From contig MU004193.1 of the NCBI GenBank assembly GCA_010093605.1, positions 1,123,520-1,187,519 on the forward strand: a DNA stretch of 64,000 nt. Direction: 5' to 3'. Source of the stretch: Lophium mytilinum (lineage: Eukaryota). The notes below the pieces were generated by a model. It did not search any database. It had not been told where the DNA came from and saw only the letters and a list, made by a program, of their open reading frames with translations. Positions 25,362 through 36,097 of this stretch are shown here, in pieces; positions within the stretch are counted from its first letter, which is position 1; the number at the start of each line of letters is the position of its first letter. A program made the position numbers and the translations under genes.

Positions 25362-26438
25362 ATGCCAACCCGTGCTACTCAGCTATCTGGGACTGGCTCG
25401 CCATCCACACCTGAGCTTCAAATCTCTCCGAGCCGTTCTCCCATCCCTACTACCCCAGTTCGCGGTCCAAACCCACGGGACAGGCAGACTTCTGAAGGTT
25501 CAGAAGATCCCCGGGACCTGGGATCTCCAATTCCCACCCATAATTCTGAAGCGGCTGCGGCCGCGACTGATTTGAATGCAGAGGACCAGACCACTACTTG
25601 TATCGAAGTCGTCGAAGCCCCTGGCAACACGATCGCAGAGGCCCTAGCTGACTTAAGAATTCTTGCTTTAGAGCAGCCACCCGTGACAGCTGAGGAAATC
25701 GAGATTCGACGGCTTGCTCGACGGCAACGAGATTGCAACACGTCATTGGGCAATCTGGGCATGCACCTAACGTCGATGGAAGACTTGTACCAAGACATCG
25801 GCGTCCGATACCATCTGACAACCGACATTGCTCGAAATGCAGCCCTCACTCGAGAAGCTCGTGATGTCCTTCGAAATGCCTTCTCCGGTGAGCCGCGGGC
25901 TTTGATGCCCCTCTGGGACAACCATCGTCGAGCTGTAGCGCACCATAACATCTTGCGCCATGCTCTCAAAGAGCAGATTGAAGACGAGGTGGTTTACTTC
26001 GCGCGGGTTTCTAGGCTCATGGAGCGAGCCGTGGAAGAGGGTGATACCTTCTATGGTCACTTGCAAGAGATGAAAGGGCTGGTGCACTACATTGAAGACA
26101 TTGAAGTTGAATTTGCAACTTCTGGTGGTCACCACCGCTTGCATCGCGCCATTGCTGACGCTAGGCGCAGTGAGGGCTATCTCGTAGATCTTCGAGTCCA
26201 TGCGTGGGTACGGGCGCTGCCAGAGACCCCGAGACAGTTGGCTCTAAGGCTCCCTCTAACGGAAATCATTCAGAATGTCTTTTGCCCTGACGAGAGGGAA
26301 CTCGTGTCAGGATCAGAGACATCTGACGATGTTTCTGGAGATGATTCTGAAGATGGCTCTGAAGACCGCTCTGAAAATGGTTCTGAGCATCAATCCGATA
26401 GTGAACCTGGTGAGAGCCGAATTTTTGAGTCTTCTTAG
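25362..26438 (+). CDS. Hypothetical protein, tandem family X copy 2
   Basis: GVRYHLTTDIARNAALTRE...AFSGEPR...WVRALPETPRQLALRLP and an acidic Ser/Asp/Glu tail. First ATG at 25362. Confidence 0.8.
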   Translation: MPTRATQLSGTGSPSTPELQISPSRSPIPTTPVRGPNPRDRQTSEGSEDPRDLGSPIPTHNSEAAAAATDLNAEDQTTTCIEVVEAPGNTIAEALADLRILALEQPPVTAEEIEIRRLARRQRDCNTSLGNLGMHLTSMEDLYQDIGVRYHLTTDIARNAALTREARDVLRNAFSGEPRALMPLWDNHRRAVAHHNILRHALKEQIEDEVVYFARVSRLMERAVEEGDTFYGHLQEMKGLVHYIEDIEVEFATSGGHHRLHRAIADARRSEGYLVDLRVHAWVRALPETPRQLALRLPLTEIIQNVFCPDERELVSGSETSDDVSGDDSEDGSEDRSENGSEHQSDSEPGESRIFESS

Positions 26439-26564
26439 AGCGGTCGCCCAGTCGTAAATCAAGAGCAAGTGGAGCGGCCATATGAAGCGAAAAGAATCAT
26501 CCCAAGATCTGATGGAAAGGTCTAATGTAGCGTTTGAAATATTTCACATACTACGATGATAGTC

Positions 26565-26741
26565 AGCGTGGTTAGTAAATCGTCCAATCCTCCATCTGAT
26601 TGATGACCAGTGTGTTAAAACTCCCCTTTGCAGTCNNNNNNNNNNNNNNNNNNNNNNNNNNNNNNNNNNNAGCGTGGTTAGTAAATCGTCCAATCCTCCA
26701 TCTGATTGATGACCAGTGTGTTAAAACTCCCCTTTGCAGTC
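26565..26741. other. 35-N assembly gap flanked by an exact 71-bp direct duplication
   Basis: 26565-26635 is identical to 26671-26741 on either side of the N run at 26636-26670. Confidence 0.95.
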
Positions 26742-27276
26742 AAATCAATCAATCCAAACCGTTGTCAATCCTCGATCCGCCTCTTTCACTCTTGTTTTAC
26801 CTAAATCGGAATACTTCATACTTTTTATGATCTTAGCTAGCAATCTTTCAATCTGTCTAACCAATCCGCACTATTATCCTGCCAATCCCATCTAATCTCT
26901 ATCTTGGTCCGGTCAGTCAAATCCAATTTGATGGCTAGCAATCAATCGGACGGTTTATCAACCACGCTGACGTTGAGAGTAGACTTAAGATTTTCTTAAT
27001 GGCATTGCCATATTCACATTGTGCATTCATATGCCATTGCAACATTCACTTTCGTACCCAATGCACTCCCTATAACACTGTAAATGATGGATTGAGCATT
27101 GTGTTCTTACGGTGGTTCACTCCCAGGCTTATATATTTCCATCTTCACGTCGCTCATTTCCTTTCTTCACCACTTTCAACCCAAACCGGCTTCCACCCAA
27201 CCTAGTATCAGTCAATCATAACATCCTCCAAAACACCATTGACCACACCAACACTAGCTCAACTCGACAAGCCGGC

Positions 27277-28398
27277 ATGCCGCTCCCCATCAACCCTCCA
27301 GGTACCCCATGGACCCGAATGCTTCCAGAGCCAGTCCCAATCCGTAACGCGCCACGTCGGCAACAAGCTGGCCGCCTGACTGGGCTGTTCAGGGACCGGG
27401 AGCAGATCTTTCAAGGACTTTTGAGCCACACTCGCCGCGAATTTACCACAAACCAGACTCCCCGAGAATTAGGTGGCGACGAGGGCTTCCGTCCGGATAA
27501 AGAGAATAAGGGGTTTCGCCCACCAGCTTGGCTCGTCCCTGAAGACTCGGAGCGCCCTTGGGAGATGGGGCCATTGGTCCTGACCTTGCTGCGTGAAGAT
27601 GGGGTGACTCCGGCCACGGTTGATATTGATGCAGGAGAGTCAACCACACACGGCCCCGAAGTCGAATCCTCGGCTGAGTGTGATCTCGAGTACTCGAACT
27701 CGATTAGCCATGCAGAAGTTGAGGTAACAGAGCTGGAGGAGGCATACATCGAGCTCGGCGTCATGTACCACCAGACCACCGATGCAGCTCGAAACACCTC
27801 GCTTAGTCGAGAGCAGCGCCGCACCTTGTCGACCGCCTTCAGCGGCCAGCCGCGGTCGGCGCACCCCCTCTTTGAACCCCTCCGCCGTGCCCAGAGCCTC
27901 TACAACGAGGCGCACCATGCCCATCATGAGGCTGACATGAGCGAAGAACACCGTGCTCGACTCGGTGACCTCCTGACGCGAGGTTCCCAGGAGGTGCAGG
28001 TGTTCAGGGAAGAAATCATAGCTCTCCACCAGCTCGTGACGTCCATTCGGGATGCCGACGCTGCCCTAGCATTTGGAGGGCGCGACCCGCTACTCCACCG
28101 CCGTGCCATGATGGCTCGACACCGTCCGGATGAGTATCTCGCGGATCCGCGGATCCGTGCGTGGGTTATGGCGCTCCCGGAGACGGCGAGGCAGCTGGAA
28201 CTGGGTGTTCCTCTTGCGCACGTGATCATCAGGGTGTTCGAACCTGGCGATGGACCGGCGGTTGATGATGTTCATGTTTGGCGTGGTCAGGATTCCCCTC
28301 CGATCCCTCGGAGCCATGAGTCTACTTCCGAGGATTCAGAATCTGATACTCATGAGAGCATGGAGTCTGATTCAGATGACAGCATGGACTCCTTGTAG
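27277..28398 (+). CDS. Hypothetical protein, tandem family X copy 3
   Basis: GVMYHQTTDAARNTSLSRE...AFSGQPR...WVMALPETARQLELGVP and an acidic tail. First ATG at 27277. Confidence 0.8.
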   Translation: MPLPINPPGTPWTRMLPEPVPIRNAPRRQQAGRLTGLFRDREQIFQGLLSHTRREFTTNQTPRELGGDEGFRPDKENKGFRPPAWLVPEDSERPWEMGPLVLTLLREDGVTPATVDIDAGESTTHGPEVESSAECDLEYSNSISHAEVEVTELEEAYIELGVMYHQTTDAARNTSLSREQRRTLSTAFSGQPRSAHPLFEPLRRAQSLYNEAHHAHHEADMSEEHRARLGDLLTRGSQEVQVFREEIIALHQLVTSIRDADAALAFGGRDPLLHRRAMMARHRPDEYLADPRIRAWVMALPETARQLELGVPLAHVIIRVFEPGDGPAVDDVHVWRGQDSPPIPRSHESTSEDSESDTHESMESDSDDSMDSL

Positions 28399-30069
28399 AT
28401 CAGCTTTGCAACCAGGACAAACAACTGCGTAGGTTGCGCCACACGAGTTGATAGGAAGATCTCATAGATAGATCAGACGCAGCGTTTCAGACATTCTAGA
28501 CGTTGTCTAAGTATTGGTAGAGACAAATACGCCGCGTTAGATAGCCATACGTGGCTAGATCTGCCGCGATGGCTAGCTTGTCATTCTCTTTCTAAAAGAT
28601 AACAATATAAAGGCCCCAAATGGGGTTATGAAAAGTACATTTTGACTTGAACATGATTGCACGTGACTGTATAAAAGATTGATCTCATAAACACTGATAA
28701 CAAGAAGAAAGATGGAGACTCATCCTATCACGAAGGATTCGCTTCTGAGGGATCGAGATTTAGTAGTTGGCAACCTTTCCATCACATCATTGGTTGCAAG
28801 CAGAACTAGATTGGTCCTGCCTAGCAGCAAGAAAAGCAAAAGCAGCTGCATCCAACCGGCGCAGGTGAATCTTGATTGTTCGCCCATCCCTCTCTAATGC
28901 GGCCGCCTGAAGCCCATGATCCACGATCCTGGGACCGTACGCATATCCAGCGAGAGAAGACGGGCTGCAGCGTTATCACGCTGCATGGATGACTCAAGCG
29001 CATCATGCTCATGCTCCACCTAGGAAGTATGTTGTGCAACTCTCCACTGGGATGTCGCGATGATAACCCACTACGAGTGACGGTGATAGCTGACTCATCT
29101 CCGGAAAGCGGGTAAGATCGGTGCCGGAATACAAGTTCCGGCGCGCTTTGAGGACTGGACGGCAATGGAGCCGGTAGGTATTGGGGAGTAGAGAGGGCTG
29201 AGAGGGTGGGAATGCGGCTCAAGTGCAGATGGTTCGACCTCGAGAGCACCTGACCATCACCGAGATGGACTAATATGCATGCACTAAGGCATCCCTGTAT
29301 AGCTGCATGCGTGTCGCTGTTTTAAGACCGGGAGAGAGATCGGGGGGCTTGGCGGATAAAGCAAAAAGGAGGGTTTTGGAGGGGCCAAATGATTCGTCGA
29401 TGGAGTTGGTAGATGTAGTTTGGAGGAGTTGGTAATTTTCGGCGACGTCCGGATTCCCGTCATCGAGGGCCTGTAAATATGGGGCGGATGTAGCATGCGG
29501 TACCGTCGAAGCAATGGGTGGTGTCTCGCCGGATAGCTACCTCGTTCCGCAGTATCCTTCGCAGTTCTGCGGATGGTTGGCAGGAGAAGTAAAATACTGC
29601 GATATAAAATTGCTGACACCGCTCTGAATTTTGCTCGAAGTTGACTTATTAGGCCAGCCTCGGCTGAAGTACTCAGGCTGGACCTCCTACTTGGTGCCCA
29701 ATCTTTGTTAGCACCTAAAATCCACCTGTGGTATCGCAAAGGTGTAAGAAAGCTTCTGCTTTGGTACTGTAGTCGTCTTGTTCGATCGCGACAAAACAGG
29801 TCTATGTCACTTAGGGAGATGTGAGACTGACAACGAGACGCCCAACGTAGCCGCAGCTCTGAATTATATAGCCCTTCGATAGTTGTGCTAGATGCCGAAT
29901 GTACAATAGAACGTAACCATATGATGTGAAAGATAACCGGGTATTCGCAATGAAAACATCAAGACACCATAATACACGTAATTGGAAGGGGTGCGCCGCC
30001 GTGACAAGGTGAAATAGGGTCAAAAGTGTAAAGTGACAAAACTTAACCGTACTCGCGAGGTGAAATGCT

Positions 30070-32082
30070 TTACGTTTTTTGCCGTACCGCCATCTTGGTG
30101 GTTCCAAAATCCATAACCTTGGATGACTGTCCTGGTTGGGACTTATGGCGAGAACGACCTCGTTTTTGCCTCTTGCGTCCGTCTGGAGCAGGTGCAATGG
30201 GGGCAGGCCTATCAGGCTGCACCGCGGGGGGCTGCTGCTCGACAGAGTCTTCTTCTATTGAGTCCGGCCCATATCTGACGTTAGCGAGATCTTTGGTGGC
30301 CAGATCGGTCCTCCACACGTCAAGCGCCATCTGCGCCCAAGCGGGGATACGCTCTCCTTGTGACGCTTCACCAACACTCCGCTCCAGCTCATACATCTCC
30401 CACGGAGAGATTCTGAGCTTATGAAGAATCCACATGTTGATGCGTTCACGAGTGCTTGTGAAATCGCGTAGATAGTCGCTCAGGGTAGACTGACTGCTAT
30501 GACCCTCATCCAGGAGGAGCAAGTCTCGCCCATCTCCCCAGACATTCCCATCATCATAGAAAGCTGGCTCTCCTTCGTGGATGGTTGTAAGGTCTCCAAT
30601 GCCTCGCAGACTGTCGGGCTGCGCCAAACGCCAGATATCTGGCGTTTGAAGATCAGGCGCAGTATATTCTAGAGGAATGCGGTCGTCCCCGGCCATGCCT
30701 TTCGGGACGTCTTCCGCCGTAAGAACGGTGCTTCGTCGCTCAGTACTTCGATGCTGAAGCTGCGGTAAGGCCGACGATTCTTGTTTACTATGAGACAGCG
30801 AACTCTCATACTCGGGTTCTTGGATCCCAGGCTTGAACCGAGGCATTTCGCCGACTTTGACGTTATCGCCAAGATAGGCGCCGTTGAGCATGGCGGCGTT
30901 TCTTGGTTCGCCCACAACCTCACCCACATGCGACTCTGATTCGAAGGATATGTCGGACATGTGCGTTGCCACCGTCGTATTACCAGTCTGCAACTTGAAG
31001 AAGTGGTTGAATTTGCGTTGCAACTCTTCGTATTGCTCCTTCAATTCCCATTCAGCTGCACCCAATTCGTTTTCAATCTGTTCGTAATCATCCTCAGCCG
31101 GACCAACAAGGTCACGGGATGATTGGGCTTTCTCGAATAGCTCTTCTAGTTTGGTGTCTGTGGAGGTAGTCCCACTAATCCATGATATGCGTAAAGCATC
31201 CATAAAGATTCTATCCTTATCAGACACGTTCTGCCGATGTATTCGCAATTCAGTTCGTTTCTCCTGAACTTGGACCCGAAGCCTGGTTATATGCTCTTGC
31301 TTTTGCACAAATTTTGATAGATCGTCCATGAACCGATCATATACTCTCTGGGCTGAAGGATTTACACGCGGTAATTCGGCATTGTCACTAGAGATGACCA
31401 TGTAGGTCATATCTAGAGGCTTGGGTGGACCTGGTGGGGGCGGTGGGGGGGGAGGAGGAGGAGGAGGCGGAGCTTCAGTCATGGTGACAGATTTGACAGA
31501 TCCTTCTGTCTTGGTTGGTGTGTTAGGCGGTGGAAAGTCTTCTGGAGGTGGAGGTGGAGGTGGGGCTGGATGAGGAAGTACAAGCGTATCCTGGGATGGA
31601 TCCATGTCTATATCAATGGGTGGAATGCCGTCGCCGCTCAACGGTTGCTCCCTCTCGTCATTCTGGAATTCATCAGGGGCGGCTGGCGGCTGGATCGCTG
31701 CTGGTGGAGGGTGTATGAGATGGAGGAGGGGGAGGGGTGGAGGAAATATTGGTGGTGGTAAAGCGTCATGAGGTGGAGACGTTAAGGTTGATTCTTCCTT
31801 CACTGGCTGTTGTTTCGGCGTTGCAGGACGTGAGTCTTCGCTGAAGTATTCTTCAGCAAAATGAACCTTGGCCCGTGCTGGCTTTGGCTTTGGCCCCGTC
31901 GCAAAATCACGACCCCGCGGTATAGTTTCGTCTTCCCCAATCGTGTTTGAGTCTGAAGTAATTTCTGAAGGTGGGAATGAAGCTTGGAGGGGCGCCTCAG
32001 AAGAGCTCTTTCGGGAACAGTCCTCGGACGACGGCGTGCTAGGCGCGCACGATTCGACAGACACGGAAGGGCTAGCCTCCAT
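30070..32082 (-). CDS. Coiled-coil partner protein CC1 (polyproline N-terminus), divergent from DUF6590 copy 1
   Basis: 670-aa intronless ORF with FMDALR...RDLVGPAEDDYE...AEWELKE and C-terminal STRERINMWILHKLRISPWE, motifs shared with CC2-CC4. Confidence 0.85.
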   Translation of the reverse strand: MEASPSVSVESCAPSTPSSEDCSRKSSSEAPLQASFPPSEITSDSNTIGEDETIPRGRDFATGPKPKPARAKVHFAEEYFSEDSRPATPKQQPVKEESTLTSPPHDALPPPIFPPPLPLLHLIHPPPAAIQPPAAPDEFQNDEREQPLSGDGIPPIDIDMDPSQDTLVLPHPAPPPPPPPEDFPPPNTPTKTEGSVKSVTMTEAPPPPPPPPPPPPPGPPKPLDMTYMVISSDNAELPRVNPSAQRVYDRFMDDLSKFVQKQEHITRLRVQVQEKRTELRIHRQNVSDKDRIFMDALRISWISGTTSTDTKLEELFEKAQSSRDLVGPAEDDYEQIENELGAAEWELKEQYEELQRKFNHFFKLQTGNTTVATHMSDISFESESHVGEVVGEPRNAAMLNGAYLGDNVKVGEMPRFKPGIQEPEYESSLSHSKQESSALPQLQHRSTERRSTVLTAEDVPKGMAGDDRIPLEYTAPDLQTPDIWRLAQPDSLRGIGDLTTIHEGEPAFYDDGNVWGDGRDLLLLDEGHSSQSTLSDYLRDFTSTRERINMWILHKLRISPWEMYELERSVGEASQGERIPAWAQMALDVWRTDLATKDLANVRYGPDSIEEDSVEQQPPAVQPDRPAPIAPAPDGRKRQKRGRSRHKSQPGQSSKVMDFGTTKMAVRQKT

Positions 32083-32730
32083 CTAACGAGCACGGGAGTC
32101 AGAAGTGGCCAGAATACCATTGCGATTACTTACGTCTTCCAGAGGCATGGTGGACGTCGACATCTGAGGCTGCTGCAAGTCCATTCACATCCCATGTTCG
32201 AGCCGCACAGCCAGACGTGGAGCGAACGGAACGGGCGCAAAAAAGGGGCAAAGAGCCAGCGGTTCAGCCAGCAAGAGCGCGGAATGAGAGAGATACGGCA
32301 TGAGCCAGAAAGCGACACGCTGTGGGCAGACCGCAACGGCAGACGGCGAGCCTTACATCGTGGTTGTGAGCGGTACGCCCCATTTAACGCGCCAGAGAGC
32401 TTTTGCGCGCTGTCCGGGATATTTTAGCGGCGGGAGCTTGATACAACGGATTGGGGCCAAAACAGGGGGCCAGCATGGCGGGCTCGGCTACGGCGACAAA
32501 TGACCAAGCGTCGATAACTGTAACGAAACCACATGCACGCTGTGCTGTCAGGACGCTTACCCTACTTATTACCGTGAGTGCCCCTCACTCAGACCAGCTG
32601 CTATGAGGCTCTTTGCTCGCCAGCGGTATTTGATTGCCCTCGTTCCAGCCCGAAAGGTTGCCGGCTGCTCCCCTAGGACATCCCCGCTGCTGGATGATCC
32701 ACCCCTCGTTTGGCCAACCATCATGTAAAT

Positions 32731-34354
32731 ATGTCTTCGAGCGTCTACTCGGCGTGGGTTTGGTCTCCAGAGCACCAGCGCCACTACTGTTACCGCTATG
32801 TGAACGGCCAAATCGAGTACCAGTGGTCAGGCCTCGCAACTGCCCAAGCGCAAGCAGCCGCGACAACATCGATACCGCAGACACCCCAGGGGACGAGGTG
32901 AGTGATAGTTTATATTATAGCCCTCGAATCTTTGATTGAAACCTTGTTACGGGCTGGAGCACTAGCTCTGCTAGTTGAATGGTTTTTGGAAGTTGTCGGG
33001 GGAGTTCGTTGCCTTGATCTCTTTGGTAGCCTCGTCCTCTCAGCAATGAAACTCCATACCCTTCAAGTCTAGCCCCAAGCACTCCCAACTTCCTCTGCTG
33101 ATCTCCACTATGCAGTGCTGTACCTCGCACAGTACCGACAATACCCTCGGCAGCCGCATCCTCGCCGGGAGCCACATCCTCAAGGACAAATACTTCCTCG
33201 GGAAAAAGGCCACAACCCAAGAAAGAGACTCCTATAGTGCAGGAAGAGAAAGATGACGACGAAGAAGATGAAAATGAGAGCGACGAAGAGGACGACGACG
33301 ATGATGATGACGAGGGTAGTGGAGCGAGGGAGGGAAGGCCGGCGCTTCAAGTATCATCTCAGGCGTACAGGCCAGTCGCAACCACAACGACCCAGCCCGG
33401 CCGGTCTCATAGTTACCAGTATGGAGCGCCCCAGCCTAACAGCTATCAATACGGAGGTGCCCAGTCTACCGCTGCTACATATGCGTCATCTGCAAACACC
33501 CCCTACGTCGCCCCCGCTTCGGCTCCCACGTCACCTCAGTACACCTTCCAACGTCCTCACACGGGTGCTTCTCAGACGGCTGTGCCACAAAAGCGGCAAA
33601 ACTCTTCCAATGGGGGAGGTCCAAACCATCGGCACATTAAAAGTACCGCGGAGGGTACCGAGTCAAAGGAAGAGTCGCTTGATCCTCGTACGTGGTTCCT
33701 GCACTCAACAGGTACCCTGACTGACCGTGTTAGGCTACAAAAGAGTATCCCTTCGGCACACATCGCAGTTTTTTTGTAGAGGAAGAGTCTTCAAGATGCT
33801 TTGGACCGAACCCGCTGGTGTCACTCCGGGGAAAACCCGCGGTTCTACCCATTTTAGTCTAATTAGGTTCAATGAGACGGCCTACTCTGAGATTCGTCGA
33901 TTTATTGTAATAAGTAACAAGGGAAAATACAGTCAGTGCATGTAAGTTTGAATGTGGTTTCTCACCCATCGTCAATCCCTTGTCAGAAACTATCTCACTT
34001 CCTCTCATTCGACCCAGTACGTATGAGACTAAGGCTAACAGTCATAGACCTATCCAAACATACCGTGGCCAGGGCGCTCGTAAGCAGGGGATTATAGTCA
34101 ATGATCACGCCTTGATCTATACTGGCGCCGAGAACGACGAACAACCGCAACTTCTTCCCGGCGAACGGATCACAAAACAACCTCTGCGCGTAGAGCCAAC
34201 GGGCCAGGAAACTCTCGAACCTGCCTCTCGGGTAAATTTTGGGAAGGTATACACCGTGGAACACAACGTCAAAGTGTTAGACGTTGGCGTTGTTGCTCCA
34301 CAGCACATATACCTCTTGATAAATTACTTCACCGACGCTGTGACTTCGGTGTAG
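32731..34354 (+). CDS. DUF6590-type protein copy 1 (N-terminal W/Y motif, acidic linker, MazF/PemK-like C-terminal domain)
   Basis: MSSSVYSAWVWSPEHQRHYCYRYVNGQIEYQW...LDP/YKRV...FFCRGRVFKMLWTEPAG...SEIRRFIVISNKGKYSQC/IPIQTYRGQG...HALIY...SRVNFGKVYTVEHNVKVLDVGVVAP. The structure of the middle exons is approximate. Confidence 0.85.
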
Positions 34355-36097
34355 ACGACAACATAGCGAGTAAAGGATGAGGAGAGAGGCAGGGGATCGA
34401 ATTTCGAATGCTTGACGCGCCACACACTAAGCAACATACGCTTAACTGGCATGTCTCGCTGAAGACACATTTGCACACCACGATGTGCGCGATCATATAC
34501 GAGCCGTAACCGCTTCGTGTTAGCCACGATACCGGGCGGCGTTCCTACGTCTTTTTGCTTCGCATCGTTTTTCTTATGACGATTCTTCTACGAACGCTGT
34601 CATCTAATATTTCCTTCGGCTTATCAGCCCGGCTTACTTGATTTTACCACGATGATGCGTCTGAATAATGCTCTTCGTAACGCATCTAATCTCAGCACGT
34701 CCCAGCGTTAGATAGCTCTTCATGTTTATTCTAATGCAATATAGTTCTCTTAAAGGTTATTATCTTTGAAAAACAAATGTTGGCTCTAAGTGCACTATGC
34801 TGATACTGGAGCTAGGATGGGAATTAAGGGTCTACCTAAGTGTGATTATAGTTGTGGGTCTTGACGGCCCGAGGCACGTGCCGCTGCCCCGCTACGGCCC
34901 GCCAAGTCGAGACTAGTCGATCGGCCCCACGTTTTACCGGCGTGACGGCCCACGCTAATTTTGACATTTCGCCCGACGCGACACCTCAGGAGTTCATCAC
35001 ATCTTCCATCTCATAATCATCACTGTTGTCCTCCAGTGTTTGAAACGGCTGTCTGCTCTCTTGCATGTTCTATGCATCTTTCTTCTTTACATAGACTGAA
35101 CATGTCTTGACCGACACTGCCGCGTCCAGTCTACAAAGAGACGAGGTGCATATCCCCATACAAACCGGGCGACATGCAACTTCGATGATCGCAAGCCCTA
35201 CCGACCCAGCGGACTCCCCTGCCGCTAGCTTTGCATAAAGTCCTCGCTGTTTTAACAGCAAGTCTTACTAAGGAAAAGAAGGCAACAAATGAGGCTGAGG
35301 CTGAAATTAAGAAGGCATAGGTTCGGGCACCGAGTGGCCGAAGGAACAAATACAGGATCCGGCGTGAGCCTTCTCGTACTCTCGCGGTCAGAGAACACGG
35401 CTAGGCTAACGCGTTGTTTCGGATCCCGGGCGTAGAAGTCCGCCAATGATGGCAGCGAGGGGAAGTATTATGTTCAACAAACATTGGTACTCGCGGTCCT
35501 TGATCGGTACTGTAATCGCTAGTAGATACGCAGAGAGCTATGTGAATGCTAAGCTTATCTTTAATTATCTTAGGAAAGTAGGAAAAGAGCGGCCGTTGCT
35601 GAAAGGAAACCGTCCACCGAAGGGAGCAGCCTGGAAATGGCCTCCGGAGCTCTCTTCGCCAAGACGCTCTGAATGAATCAACCAAGTCGTAAACTGTCAC
35701 GTGACCAGGAAATCCGTCGGACTGGAAAACCTATCAAGCGATCGAATGTCGATCGAACCCGTCCTAGAAAAGCATAGCACAGTAGGAAAAGATGCGCAAA
35801 TCGAGCCAAACAAAAGGGATTGTATCCAAACGAGCGTAAATCATGCGTTTGTAACAAAGTTAAAATCCTTTCGGATTACGAACCTCATGTACAAGACTTC
35901 GAATGAGTCTCGTACAGAGCCGTATAAAATACGAAACATGCTTACGGTGTGAAACACGTGCTCATACAAAGACTTGCCGCTCGCAGGCGTTCGACGAACG
36001 CGGGTATGTTCCGCGAGCGAGGTCAAACAAACTGGGAACGGCGATCTCTCAAGGTAGCAAATTGCGGAAGAACAAGTGGGCCTTATCGAGATCCGAC

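Noticed and set aside
26565..26741. Exact 71-bp direct repeat around the N run as a target-site duplication or mobile element
   Set aside because: Perfect identity abutting a scaffold gap is best explained by unmerged overlapping contig ends.
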